Origin: Chiloscyllium plagiosum
Taxonomy: Eukaryota
Length of the DNA: 64,000 bases
Direction: 5' to 3'
Assembly (NCBI RefSeq): GCF_004010195.1
Contig: NC_057750.1
Coordinates: 5,544,595-5,608,594 of the forward strand
Position numbers and translations under genes: made by a program. The notes beneath the pieces were generated by a model. The model had not been told where the DNA came from, made no database searches, and saw only the letters and a program-made list of their open reading frames with translations. Positions 1-11,515 of this stretch are shown here, one piece after another. Positions within the stretch are counted from its first letter, which is position 1. Every line of letters starts with the position of its first letter.

Positions 1-272
1 AGCCTTAGACTTAAGGGATGACCTCTTAGAACGGAGATGAGGAGAAACATCTTCAGCCAGTGAGTGGTGAATCTGTAGAATTCATTTCTACAGAAAGCTG
101 TGGAGGCCAGGTCATTGAGTATATTTAAAACAGAGATAGATTAGATTCTTAAGTATTAAGGGTTACGGGGAGGAGGTGGGAGAATGAGGTTGAGAAACAT
201 GATTGAGCGGCAGAGCAAAAATGATGGGCTGAATGGCCTAATTTCTGCTCCTCTTATCTTATGAAACGTTAA

Positions 273-275
<3 letters not shown>

Positions 276-327
<52 letters not shown>
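276..327. repeat. (CT)n microsatellite within a decayed repeat
   Basis: Direct reading; explains the ERERER ORF. Confidence 0.95.
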
Positions 328-329
<2 letters not shown>

Positions 330-874
330 GATGCTACCAGACCTGCTGAGACTTTTCAGCAATGTAATGCTTTTGTTAGCCCCTTATGTGTTTTTTTTTC
401 TTGCAGTGTAGAGACAGGAGCGAGCCACTCAGCCTCTTTACTCTTCGCTGGCTCGTCAAAAGAGCTGCCCCATTGGTCCTGTTCCACTGACCCTTTCTGG
501 CTGGCGATGGCGTTTACATTTTTTTTCTACACTTGGAAAGAAAGAAACAAAATCAGAAATTGCTGGAGAAACTAAGCAGGCCTGGCAGTATCTGTGGAGT
601 GAAAATAAGGGTTACCGTTTTCAGTACAGTCACCTTTCTTGAAGCAGGTGGGACTTGAAACCAAGCCTGCTCGCTTAGAGATGGGGACAGTAGCACAAGA
701 GCCCTTGCTCCTACTTTATGTTTGTATCCCACAAAAGCTTGGCACGATTGCTCAGTGCAGCACCAATGCATGAGGGATGGTGATCCTGGAATGTGACTTG
801 CACCTGCATTGGCTTGGCTCAGAAGTGGCACTGTTACCACTGGGGTGGACAGGAGTTGCTGTGTATTCTAACCT

Positions 875-1002
875 AGGAGACAGTGAGGTCTGCAGATGCT
901 GGAGATCGGAGTTGAGAGTGTGTTGCTGGAAAAGCACAGCTGGTCAGGCAGTATCCGAGGAGCAGAAAAATCAACGTTTCGGGCCGGAGCCCTTCATCAG
1001 GA
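875..1002 (-). mobile_element. Penelope-like (PLE) terminal-repeat fragment with minimal hammerhead core
   Basis: Minus strand CTGATGA-AGGGC-tccg-GCCC-GAAACGTT; same family as 41350-41541. Confidence 0.7.
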
Positions 1003-1065
1003 ATGTATATTAACCTGCTTTTTTTCCTCTGGACTGACCCATCCCCTTTAGGTCAGACTGGGGTC

Positions 1066-1353
1066 ATGCCCCTCCACAAGTACTCCCCCAAGATCTGGCA
1101 CTTACTGCGACTAAAGCAGGGGATCTACTCACGGTTGCCAGCCCATTATCTCCGCTCCCTCGAAGAGAAGCAGGAGCCCACACCAGTTCACTTTAAGCCC
1201 CACGGGGTTAAATACAAGAGGAACCCGCATACCGGGCAACCGGAACGTGTGCAAGATGTGCCAATTCCCATCTACTACCCTCCGGAGTCTCAGAAAGGGC
1301 TGTGGGGCGGAGAAGGCTACATACAAGGATTCAGATACGCCAATAACGACAAG
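1066..1353 (+). CDS. MRPL28: MRPL28 (mitochondrial ribosomal protein bL28m), first coding exon, 96 codons
   Basis: Acceptor tttag ending 1051, ATG at 1066, translation [11 protein letters not shown]...[36 protein letters not shown] recognisable as vertebrate MRPL28; donor AAG|gtatgg. Non-coding 5' exon not identified. Confidence 0.96.
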
Positions 1354-1489
1354 GTATGGAGTAACACCCAAAAGATGACCACCTTCTGCGTTCTTCTCCC
1401 TCCCATTTTAAAATCCTTCAGAGTGCCACATCCAGCAAAAGGCCTGTGTCCACCTGGGTGGTCCCTCCTTTTAAATTTAACGCTCACGT

Positions 1490-1810
1490 AGAATCTCTGC
1501 AGTATGGAAGCAGGCCATTCAGCCCATCGGGTCTACACTGTCACTCCCAGAGCGTCCCATCCTATCCCTATAACCATGCATTTTACATGACTATCCCACC
1601 TAGCCTGCACACTACAGGGTAATTTAGTACAGACGATCCACTTAACCAGCACATCTTTGGACTGTGGGAGGAAACCGGAGCACCCGGAGGAAACCCACGC
1701 CAACGCAGGGAGAATGTGCAAACTGCACACAGACAGTCCCCCGAAGGCGGAATCGAACCAGGGTCTCTGGTGCTGTGAGGCAGCAGTGCTAACCACTGTG
1801 CCACCCTTGC
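1490..1810 (-). mobile_element. HE1-like tRNA-derived V-SINE
   Basis: Minus strand tggcacagtggttagcactgctgcctcacagc...ggttcgattcc (A/B boxes) plus central gtgggtttcctccgggtgctccggtttcctcccac domain. Confidence 0.85.
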
Positions 1811-3159
1811 CTTCTGTTCAAGTAGCTCCATTCTCCCTGAAACCTCTGAGCAGCCTCCATGGTGACCTCTGCACGCTTCCAATTCATTGAGTCATTAGAT
1901 CACAGAAGGGGTCCATTCAACCCATTGAGGTCATGTTGGCCCTCACTAATCTGTTCAGTCTCATTCCTTCCTGTCGCCCTGAAAGTTGATTTCCCTGAAG
2001 TGAAATTGTTCTTCGACTCCTCTTCCACCCTCCTCACAGGCAACAAGTTCCAGTTCATTACTACTTATTGTCTAAAAGACTTCTTCCTCACCTCTTCTTT
2101 CCCCCCCCCCATCCTTTATATCTCTTTAAAACCTTAAATTTATGTCTCCCTGGTCCTTAACTCCTGCACACACCGTTTCCCTGTCCACCATTTCTAAACC
2201 TGTCATCATCCTGTATACATCACTGAGATCTCCTCTTTGTTTCAAGCAGAAAAACCCCAGCTTCTCCAGCCTAATTTTCTAGCTAAAATTCCTCATCCCT
2301 GGAACCATTCTGGTAAATCTCCTCTGCACCCTTTCAGGGACCACTATATCCTTCCTAAAGTGTGGGAGCACAATGCCTTAATTGGGCTTAATCAGAGGTG
2401 TATACAGGTTCAGTACAACTTCCTGCTTTCGACCTTTTGAGACCTACAAATTGGTGAGGTGGGTAGGGCGAGGATGTTTCCGTTTGAGGGAGAATCTAGA
2501 ATTAAGGGCCACTGTTTGAAAATAAGGAGTCACGCATTTAAGACAGAGGTGAGGTGAAATTCCTCTGACTGAGGACCCTTGGGATTCTCATCAAAAGGCA
2601 GCGGAAACAGAGTCTTTGAATATTTTCAAGGAAGAGGTCGATAAGTTCTTGATAAACAAGGGGAAAAAGGTTATACAAGGGATAGGTGGAAACACTGCTT
2701 AATCAGAGTAGCCGTGAGCTTATGGAATGGTGGAGCAGGAATGAGAAGAATGGGCATTGACCAAATTCCTGTGTTTGTGTGTTCAAATCTACTTTTGTTC
2801 ATGAAGTTTCAAAATCCTACAAGCTTTGCTATTTGTTGTGCCAATATATCCTGCTACTTTCACTAATCTACGTATGTACTGGCCCCTTACTCCTGCCTGA
2901 TTTAAATTGCTGCACTCAGCTGCCATACTTCAGCTGCCTTGACCCCGAGCTCTGGAATTCCCTTCCCTAGACCTTTCCACCTTTAAGACGTTCCTTAGAT
3001 CGACCGTTGGTCAATGTGCATCTCCTTGGGTGAATTTGCCTCAAATTTTCACCGAACAACACTCAGGGGGGATCGCTTCAAGGTCGGAAGGCAGGGCAAG
3101 CAGCTGAGCTCGGGACAAGCTGCTGATGGCGCAGCCACTGACTGTGAAACGATACTCAT

Positions 3160-3503
3160 AGATTCACTACAGTGTGAAACTAGGCCATTTGGCCCAACAA
3201 GTCCACACTGACCCTCCGAAGAGTACCCCACCCAGACCTATTCCCTTACCCTATAACTCTACATTTCCCCTGACTGATGCACTAACCTACACATCCCTGG
3301 ACACTATGGGACAATTTAGCATGGCCAATCCACCCTAACCTGCATATCTTTGGATTGTGGGAGGAAACCGGAGCACCCAGAGGAAACCCACGCAGACACA
3401 GAAAGAATGTGCAAACTCCACATGTTCACCTGAGGCTGGAATCGAACTTGGGTCCCTGGCGCTGTGAGGAAGCCATGCTAACCGCTGAGCCACTGTGCTG
3501 TCC
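3160..3503 (-). mobile_element. HE1-like V-SINE
   Basis: Same A/B-box head, V-domain and tail. Confidence 0.85.
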
Positions 3504-3625
3504 CACTAACATCAGGGATGCTCCAAGCACCAGAGGTGGGGTACTCCACAGTTTGAAGGCTAGCCCATCACAGCTCGAGTCTGTCACAACCTCCTCTCTC
3601 TGACTGTTGTTTTTCCTCTCTACAG

Positions 3626-3778
3626 CTGTCCACACGCTTGAGGAAAACGTGGAAGCCGCAGTTGTTTATGCGAGAGCTTTACAGTGAAATCCTGGATAAA
3701 ACCTTCACCATCCAGGTGACCATGCGGACTCTAGACCTAGTGGACGCTTGTTACGGTTTTGATTTCTATATCTTGAAG
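3626..3778 (+). CDS. MRPL28: MRPL28 coding exon 2 (153 nt)
   Basis: ctctctacag| [51 protein letters not shown] |gtaagg; phase 0/0; L28 core motif. Confidence 0.96.
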
Positions 3779-4134
3779 GTAAGGGCCTCGCTGATTGATT
3801 GATTTAAACCAGGGAGTGTTTTGCTCATTGTTGGTCAGGTGCCTATTCTCCCCTTCACCTCATGGAGAATCCAAAATTGTCTCCACAGTAAGCGTTAATA
3901 GCAGAATGAAGGTCAGCTCTGACTGAAAGGGAAAACAAGGTACTAACCCTGCAGAGGGGAGGACAAGGCAATATCAAAATGGAGCAAGTTGTTGGACTCA
4001 ACTCTGAGCCCAGAAGGCAGTAAAGTAGCTGATTGGAAGATGAGGTGCTGTTCCTCGAGCTTGCGTAGTGTTTCACTGGGACACGACAGCAAATCAAAGA
4101 TAGAAATGAAGGTGTGAGAGCAAGATGGCGGCTT

Positions 4135-4440
4135 GTCAGCTCAGTGGTTAGCACTGCTGCCTCACAGCCTCTGGGTTCGATTCCACCCTCGGGTGACTGT
4201 CTGTGTGGAGTTTGCACATTCTCCCCGTGTCTACGTGGGTTTCCTCCTGGTGCTCAGGTTTCCTCCCACAGTGCAGGTTAAGTGGATTGGTTATATTAAA
4301 TTGCCCATAGTGTGCCGGCTAGTTGGATTAGTCATGAGTAATATAGGGTAAAGGGGTAAACCTGGGTGGAACGCCGTTCACAGGTTGCTGTGCACCAGTT
4401 GGGCCAAATGGCCTGTTCCCACACTGTTGGGATTCTATGA
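4135..4440 (+). mobile_element. HE1-like V-SINE
   Basis: ctcagtggttagcactgctgcctcacagc...gggttcgattcc, V-domain, tail. Confidence 0.8.
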
Positions 4441-5079
4441 TGAATTGAAAAGACAAGCGACTGGAAAGTCTGTGTTTTACTGTTGACTGTGTTTTTACTT
4501 TCAGACAGAACTGGCATTCTGTTACTAACGCTCACTCGATGTATGGCATGTGCTAAATTGTGATGACGATGTAAATAAAATCAATGGTCATAATTTGTAA
4601 CATTGTTAGGGACAATTGTACCATTATAATCCTCTCAATATACAGTTAATTGAAGTACATTACACAGTGGATGTTGCTTTAATTTACAGACTAGAAATGC
4701 AATCTGCATTTTGTCGTGAAGTTCAGAGATCAGATGTTGTGAGGATGAGTTCATTAAATTTTCAATCATTTGTCTATTCCTTGGCGTTCGCACAGAGGGT
4801 GGTGTGTAAATGGAATGAGCTGCCAGAGGAAACAGTAGAGGCGGGTGCGGTAACAACATTTAAAAGACATTTGGACAGGTAGGTGGATAGAAAAGGTTTA
4901 GAGGGATGTGGGCCACGGGCAAATGGGGCTAGTTTAGTTTGGGAAGCCTGGTCGGCATGGCCGGGGTTGGGCCAAAGGGCCTGTTTCCATGCTGGTTGAT
5001 TCTGACTCTATTCTGGGAAATTGACCTCACGGAGGACCAACGGTCTATTTGTTTTAATTTGGTACAAATCCTTTTCCAG

Positions 5080-5214
5080 ACGCCCAAGGTCGACCTGAAT
5101 TCAAAGCTGGGGATGGATCTAAAAAGGGCAATGCTCCTGAGACTCGCTCGCAAGGACATGGAGCTATACCCTGATGATGCAGAGAAACGGGAACGCATCT
5201 ATAACAAATACAAG
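5080..5214 (+). CDS. MRPL28: MRPL28 coding exon 3 (135 nt)
   Basis: cttttccag| TPKVDLNSKLGMDLKRAMLLRLARKDMELYPDDAEKRERIYNKYK |gtatgg. Confidence 0.96.
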
Positions 5215-7360
5215 GTATGGTGTAGGGTTTGGAATACAGGGGCATTGTATTTTGCATGGGATGTGGGTATCGCTGGGCAAGACCAGCATTTGGGACAAGC
5301 CCATCACTGACTGACCCTTGCACTGATTGACTTGTCCATTTCAGAGGGCATTCAAGAGTCAGCCACATTGCCGTTGGTCTGGAGTCACATGAAAGTTAAG
5401 GACAGCAGATGTCCTTCCCTGAAGGGTATTAGTGAACCAGGATTGGGTTTATTTTAATCACAATTAATGATCGTTATCAGATTTATGAATTAAGTTTAAA
5501 TTCTGTCAGCTGCCTTGGTGGGATTTGAACCCCTTGTCCATTAGTCTAGCCTCTGGATTATTACCACAAGGCCACCATATCCCCATCCTCCCTTGATGTA
5601 GAATCAAGGTTGCAACATACAGTGGGCCAAATGGCCTCCTCCTTCATCTTGCTGACCCTCTATGACAGTAGTCCCACTTTCCCCACTCCCTCCTTTCTGA
5701 GTTGCAAAATGTCCAGCGTTGTATTTCAGACCCAAACTACTGATTACTTTAAAAAAAAAAGTATTTTTCCTCAGTGTCTCCTTTGCTGCTTTCAATCAAT
5801 GCCCTCTAGTTTCATGATGCTTCCCACAACAGGAACAACTTCTCCCCCTCGACTGTGTCCTGGCCCATCATGGTTTTGGCACACCTCCATGAAATTTCCT
5901 GTCAATCTATTCCTCTGTTGCAGCCTCTCGAATATATCCTCATATCTAGAGTTTAAACGTTCCTTAGCCTGAATCCTCTCTGCATGTTCCCTTGTGCCTT
6001 CACACCCGTCCGAAAGTATGGTGCCCAGTGTTCCAGCTGAGGCCAGTCAATCTCACATAAATGTTCACTTTGACTTCCTCACTAATGGACTCCACGCCTA
6101 GATTTTTAAAACCCAGAATCTTCAATGCCTTAGTAATCATTTCTCAACTTGTACTGCCACCTCCAATGATTTGTGTACATATAGATGTATTTTATCAACC
6201 TGCACAGACACGTCATAATACACCTGGGTTCAGATGGGTCTTGCAATTGAGCCTCTGGCCCAGAGGTAAGGACGCTACCACTGTGCCACTTATATCTCCA
6301 GGTTTTATCTGCACCCTTTTGCCCCTCACCTAGTTTCAAATAAAGGGTTGCTTTGAGTTTGTTGCATAGTTCGGGTACCCTGTCCCATGGTGAGGTTAGA
6401 CAGGCTGGGGTTGTTCTCAATGCTGAGATGTTTGGAGGCAGGAGTTCAAGGATGAGTGACATTTGACCATAAGCTAAATGGTCTCCTGGTCCTATCATGC
6501 TTGTTCCACCGAAAACCGAGATCAAAGCTGAGCCACTGGAGGGGATTTAAACACAGAGTTCAAAATGATGAGGGTATAGGCAGAGCAAATAACTATTTCT
6601 AGTTGTAGCGGGGTCACACAGATTTACGATAAGCAGCAAAAGAACAAAAGGCAGCTGAGAATTCTTATTTTACTTAGCGTTATAGTGATATACGATGTGC
6701 TGTAAGAGAGGCCAGTGGAAGCATATTCAAGAGCAACTTTCGAAAGGGATTTGGCAAAGAGAAGTATATAGACCAGTGGGGAAGGAGTTGGGAGAAAGTG
6801 AGGACTGCAGATGCTGGAGGTCAGAATTGGAGTGTGGTGTTGGAAAAGCACAGTCAGTGAGGCAGCATCCGAGGAGCAGGAGAGTCATTGTTTCGAGCAT
6901 AAGCCCTTCATTGGGAATCGGGGCTGGCCCTAATTGGAGGAACCTGGAGTATTGGTCCCTTAGCTAAGGAACGATCTTTCCAGCCAGTGACACCCCCAAT
7001 CTTATGAGTGAGTTAAAATAAAGATGGGTTAGACAGAGTGACACCAGTGTTCATCCTCGGATGATGGCACTGTCCAATGAGAAAAGGTTGCAGAGACCAG
7101 GCTTGTGTTCTGTAGAATTTATAAGAAGTTCATTGAAACTTAGAAATTTCTTACAGAGTAAATGCAGGTGATTTTCTCTGGTGGGAGGGTATTGTAAGAT
7201 CAGGGAAGTCAGTTGGAGCTGTACAGGACTCTGGTTAGGCCTTGGCTGGAATATTGTGTGACATTCTGGTCACCACACTATAGGAAGGATGTGATTGCAC
7301 TGGAGAGGGTGCAGAGGAGATTCATCAGGGCATTGCCTGTGATGGTGCAGTTTATTTTTT

Positions 7361-7609
7361 ATTAGATTAGATTAGATTAGATTAGATTACTTACAGTGTG
7401 GAAACAGGCCCTTCGGGCCAACAAGTCCACACCGCCCCGCCGAAGCGCAACCCACCCATGTGGGAGGAAACCGGAGCACCCGGAGGAAACCCACGCAGAC
7501 ATGGGGAGAACGTGCAAACTCCACACAGTCAGTCGCCTGAGGCGGGTATTGAACCTGGGTCTCTGGCGCTGTGAGGCAGCAGTGCTAACCACTGTGCCAC
7601 CGTGCCGCC
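7361..7609 (-). mobile_element. Young HE1-like SINE with (AATCT)n tail, inserted in a CR1 fragment
   Basis: (attag)n run then near-consensus SINE with an internal deletion; CR1 3'-region sequence on both sides. Confidence 0.88.
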
Positions 7610-8940
7610 TCTATGAAGTGAGGCTGAGATTGAGGTGTGAAAGAGTATTGAGCTAGTCTGGAAAGGTCGAGGATTACACAAAGGGTGGTGGGAGTCTGGA
7701 ATGCACTGCCTGGGATGGTTAGTTGAGGTGGTAGCCTCAATCATTAAAAAGTGCCTGGATGAGCACTTGCAACGTCAAGGCTATGAGCCAAGTGCTGGAA
7801 GTGGGATGAGTGTAGATTTAGAGTGTCGGTGCACACTTGATGCACCTAAGATCCTTGTCTGTACTTTTATTCTATGACAGATTTCTTGATATTAAAGATA
7901 TCAGGGGGTGTAGGGCTAGTGCTGGCTGTTTCAAGGAGCTGGCACACGCACTCGAGGCCAAATTGTCTTCCGTGCTATACTGTTCTTCGAGATTATACTA
8001 AGAATTAAATTTGAAATGCTACAAGCAGGTGCATAAAATAATTGAGAAAACTAATAGAAAAGCAGCCTTTATATCAGATATAAGGATGTGGAAGTATTGC
8101 TGCAGTTATACAAAACTGGTTAGACCTTGCTGAGGAGCTGTGAGCAGGTCGGCTGCACAACTTGGGAAGGATGTATTGGCCTTGAAAGAAGTAAGATGTA
8201 GGTTTACAAGAATAATACCTGGACTTTAGGGGTTACGTTATGAAGAGAAATTTGGCCTGTTTTCTGTAGAATTTAAAAGTTTAATTAGTGATCTGATTGC
8301 AGTCTTCAAGATATTAACAGGAAAACAGGATAAATAAAGATAAACTATTTCCAGTGTTTGAAGATTCTGGAATCATAGAATCCCTACAGTGCAGATAGAG
8401 GTCATTCAGCTCATCAATTCTGCCCTGACCCTCTGAAGGGCATCCCACTCTATCCCTGTAACCCTATATTTACCATAGTTAACCCACCTAAGCCTGCATA
8501 CTATGGGTCAATCCAACTAACTTGCATATCTTGGGACTGTGGGAGGAAACCCTCACAGACACAGGGAGAATGTACAAACTCCACACAGACAGTTACCCGA
8601 AGGTGGAATCGAACCCGGGTCCCCTGGCACTGTGAGGCAGCCATGCTAACCACTGAGCCACCATGTCAACCGCTAGAACTAGGGGTCATATTCTAAAAAT
8701 TGGGCCAGGCTGTTCCGGGTGATAGAATTTTGGAATTCTCTTCTACAAGTGGCAGTTGAAGCTAGAACTTTTGTTAATTTTAAATCTGAGGTAATGTTTG
8801 GTTAAGCAGATATATTAAAGGGTATGGACTAAAAGCAGATACATGGCCACAGACCAGCCAGGCCCTCATTGAATGGTGGAGCAAGCTGGAGGGGCTGAAT
8901 GGCCTACTCCTATTCCTGTGTAATTCCTTGTGTGTTGCAG

Positions 8941-9027
8941 GTGTTCGTAATTCCTGAAGAGGAGGCGGAGTGGGTCGGTCTGAGTCTTGAGGAAGCTGTG
9001 CAGAAACAAATGCAGCTGGAGAAGAAG
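8941..9027 (+). CDS. MRPL28: MRPL28 coding exon 4 (87 nt)
   Basis: tgtgttgcag| VFVIPEEEAEWVGLSLEEAVQKQMQLEKK |gtaaga. Confidence 0.95.
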
Positions 9028-10169
9028 GTAAGAATTAAAATTCCCACCTCAATCTTTAAACCCCGTGTCAACCACAGCCCCGCCTCTTTTAAAATCTTAG
9101 GCTGATGGTTGTCCTTGTATTTAAAGTGGGCTGTGGAGCTAGAGTGGGTGAGTGGGATCTACAATAAAGCTCGGTTATCTGGTACCCTACTGACTGTAAC
9201 CTCTGATATCCCCCTCTCCCAGCCATCACTGTACTATATAAAATAGCAACATCTGACTGTACTGAAAATAAATATTGCTGGAAATCACAGCAAGTCAGGC
9301 AGCATCCATGGAGAGAGAGAGAGAGAGCAAGCTAACATTTCGAGTCTAGCTGACTCTTCGTCAGATTGAAGGTTGAAGTTCTTTTCCCTCTGTAGTCAAG
9401 GTGATAAAAATCAAAGGAGGGGAGGCCCCTAGTGTCTGCAGGTTATAGTTTACAGCAAGGCAGGTTTTCATTAAGTTCCCACTGTTACCCGAGAACTGCA
9501 ATGAATTAACTGGCATTTTTTTGATTTACCAGCGCATTCCAATCCCAGTGCTGGATAACACCAATTTTACTTTTTGATAAGTGATTTTTCTGGGTTAAGA
9601 TATAATATTCTCTCTAATTTAAAGTTACTTTGGCAAAGGCACTTTGTTGAAAGACAAATCTGATTAACAATTGTAAGAAACTGAATTTCAATGAATATTG
9701 GAAATAACTTATGGATCAATAAACAAGATGGCAATTGTTTTGTATTAGATTCAATTAAAAAGCTACAATGTTTAAAAAAAGCACCAATTTTACTATAATT
9801 TAATGGCTATTTCATAGGGTTGGCAGAGGTACGTTGGGCAGAATGGCATCCTCTTATGCTGCATCAGTCTACGAAAAGGGAACATGGTTATTTTATATAA
9901 AAGCATGCCACCCAGGAGAAAGCAGGTGGACTCCCTGTTCGCCGCCTTAAGCATTGACCCCCCCCACAACTGATACACCGGTATTGATGTGTACCATCTA
10001 CGTGGTGCACTGCAGCAGTTTGCTCAGGCTCCTTCGTCAGTCCCTTCCAAACCCAGTGCCTGAATGGGCCAGAAAAACAAGGGCAGCAATGCCAGTTCCC
10101 CTCCAAGGTACACCATCCTGACTCTTTGTTCTAATTCACTCATGGAGTGTGGGTGATACTGACTTGGTC

Positions 10170-10680
10170 AGCATTCATTTCCTATCCATAGTTGCCCTTG
10201 AGAAGGTGATGGTGAGTTGTAGCCCTTTTGATGTAGGTAGACGCACAATAGCCACAGGAAGAATTCCAGGATTTTGACGCGGCGACACTGAAAGAATGGT
10301 GATATTTTTCCAAAACTGGATGGCTGAGTAGTTTGCATGGTTTCTCGCAGGGGTTGGTGTTCCCATCTGTCTGCTGCCCTTGTCCTTTGTGATGGAAATG
10401 GCCATGGGTTTGGAAGCTTTGGTGAGTTGCTGCAGTGAATCTTGTGGAGAGTATATACTGCTGCAACTGAGCATCAGTGGTGGAGGGAGTGGATGAGATA
10501 TCAATCAAACAGGATGCTTTGTCCTGGATGGTGTCGAGAATCCCGAGTGGGGAGTTTTCCATCACACTTGGTGGACAGGCTTTGGGGAGTCAGGAGGTGA
10601 GTTACTCACTGAAGGGCTCCAAGCATCTGACCTGATTTTGTAGCCACAGTATTTCTATTGCTCGTCCGCTTAAGGTTCAG
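10170..10680 (-). mobile_element. Decayed CR1/L2-group LINE 3' fragment
   Basis: Tail caccttctcaagggcaactatggat... shared with copies at 53750-54075 and with a second SINE family. Confidence 0.6.
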
Positions 10681-11019
10681 TCAATATACAGCTGTCCTTC
10701 CACTATCCCTGAGCCAAAAGTCTTGAGCATCCACCCTAAAAGCACTGTGGGTTTCCCTACGCCACATGGACTGCAGCAACCCAACTTCACCACCACCTTC
10801 TCAAAGGCAGTTAGGAATGGGCAACAAAACATGATCTCACCAGTGACCTCCACACCCCAGGGAGGAATGAATGAAGAAAAGCTGATAGCGGCTTGAATGT
10901 TCAGCTGTCTGCAACTTCCTGATGGAAAAAGAACTGTTGTCCGCTAAGTGACCGGAATCTCAGGCAATGACCTTCATGCCAGGCAACCTTAACCTATATT
11001 TCTCAAATTTGTATTTCAG

Positions 11020-11118
11020 GATCCTGTGCCGCTGTTTAAAGTTTATGCTGAGGAACTGGCCCATGAACTGAGAATGCAGAAATTGTCGGAGCCAGTGGTC
11101 ATAGGCAAGAAATCGTAA
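11020..11118 (+). CDS. MRPL28: MRPL28 last coding exon (32 codons + TAA); total CDS 253 aa
   Basis: gtatttcag| DPVPLFKVYAEELAHELRMQKLSEPVVIGKKS*; frame is continuous across all five exons. Confidence 0.95.
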   Translation, partial: DPVPLFKVYAEELAHELRMQKLSEPVVIGKKS

Positions 11119-11270
11119 CAGAGCGTGGCCCCTTTAAGATCATCAGAGCCGCAGGTTATTTAACCAATGAAAGATGTGTTTTGGTGATGCTGTTGTCAGC
11201 TGACCTCTCTGCCAGTGTTGACAAGAAACCTCAGAGGTTAAAGTGACTGAACTTGTGACTTGAAGTCCAA

Positions 11271-11515
11271 ATTAAAATGCAGACTTTTCTTTTGTACAGT
11301 AAGGTGGTGGTCAAACCACTTTGTGAAATGTGATTGCTAATTAACAATCAGACGAGGAATGTTTTCACGTGTTGGTGTTTCTCATTCCGTCAAGAAAACA
11401 ATCACGGGAATCCCTTCTAAATACCTAGAGGGTTCAAATCATTTAATTTTATGTACGCTAGGGTTACAACCTGGAGCCAGGGCCCTTTGTCCAACTGCAC
11501 CAAAAGTTAAATAAA
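11271..11515 (+). terminator. Candidate MRPL28 poly(A) signals (ATTAAA 11271-11276; AATAAA 11510-11515)
   Basis: Hexamers downstream of the stop codon; the second abuts a repeat. Usage cannot be determined from sequence. Confidence 0.4.

Noticed and set aside
1003..1491. 162-aa ORF as a complete protein
   Set aside because: Only 1066-1353 is the MRPL28 exon; the rest is intron read-through past the gt donor.
1740..1810. tRNA genes at SINE heads
   Set aside because: A/B boxes run into SINE bodies with no complete cloverleaf.
4560..4760. Intronic C/D snoRNA (GTGATGA at 4560)
   Set aside because: No suitably placed CTGA D box or terminal stem.
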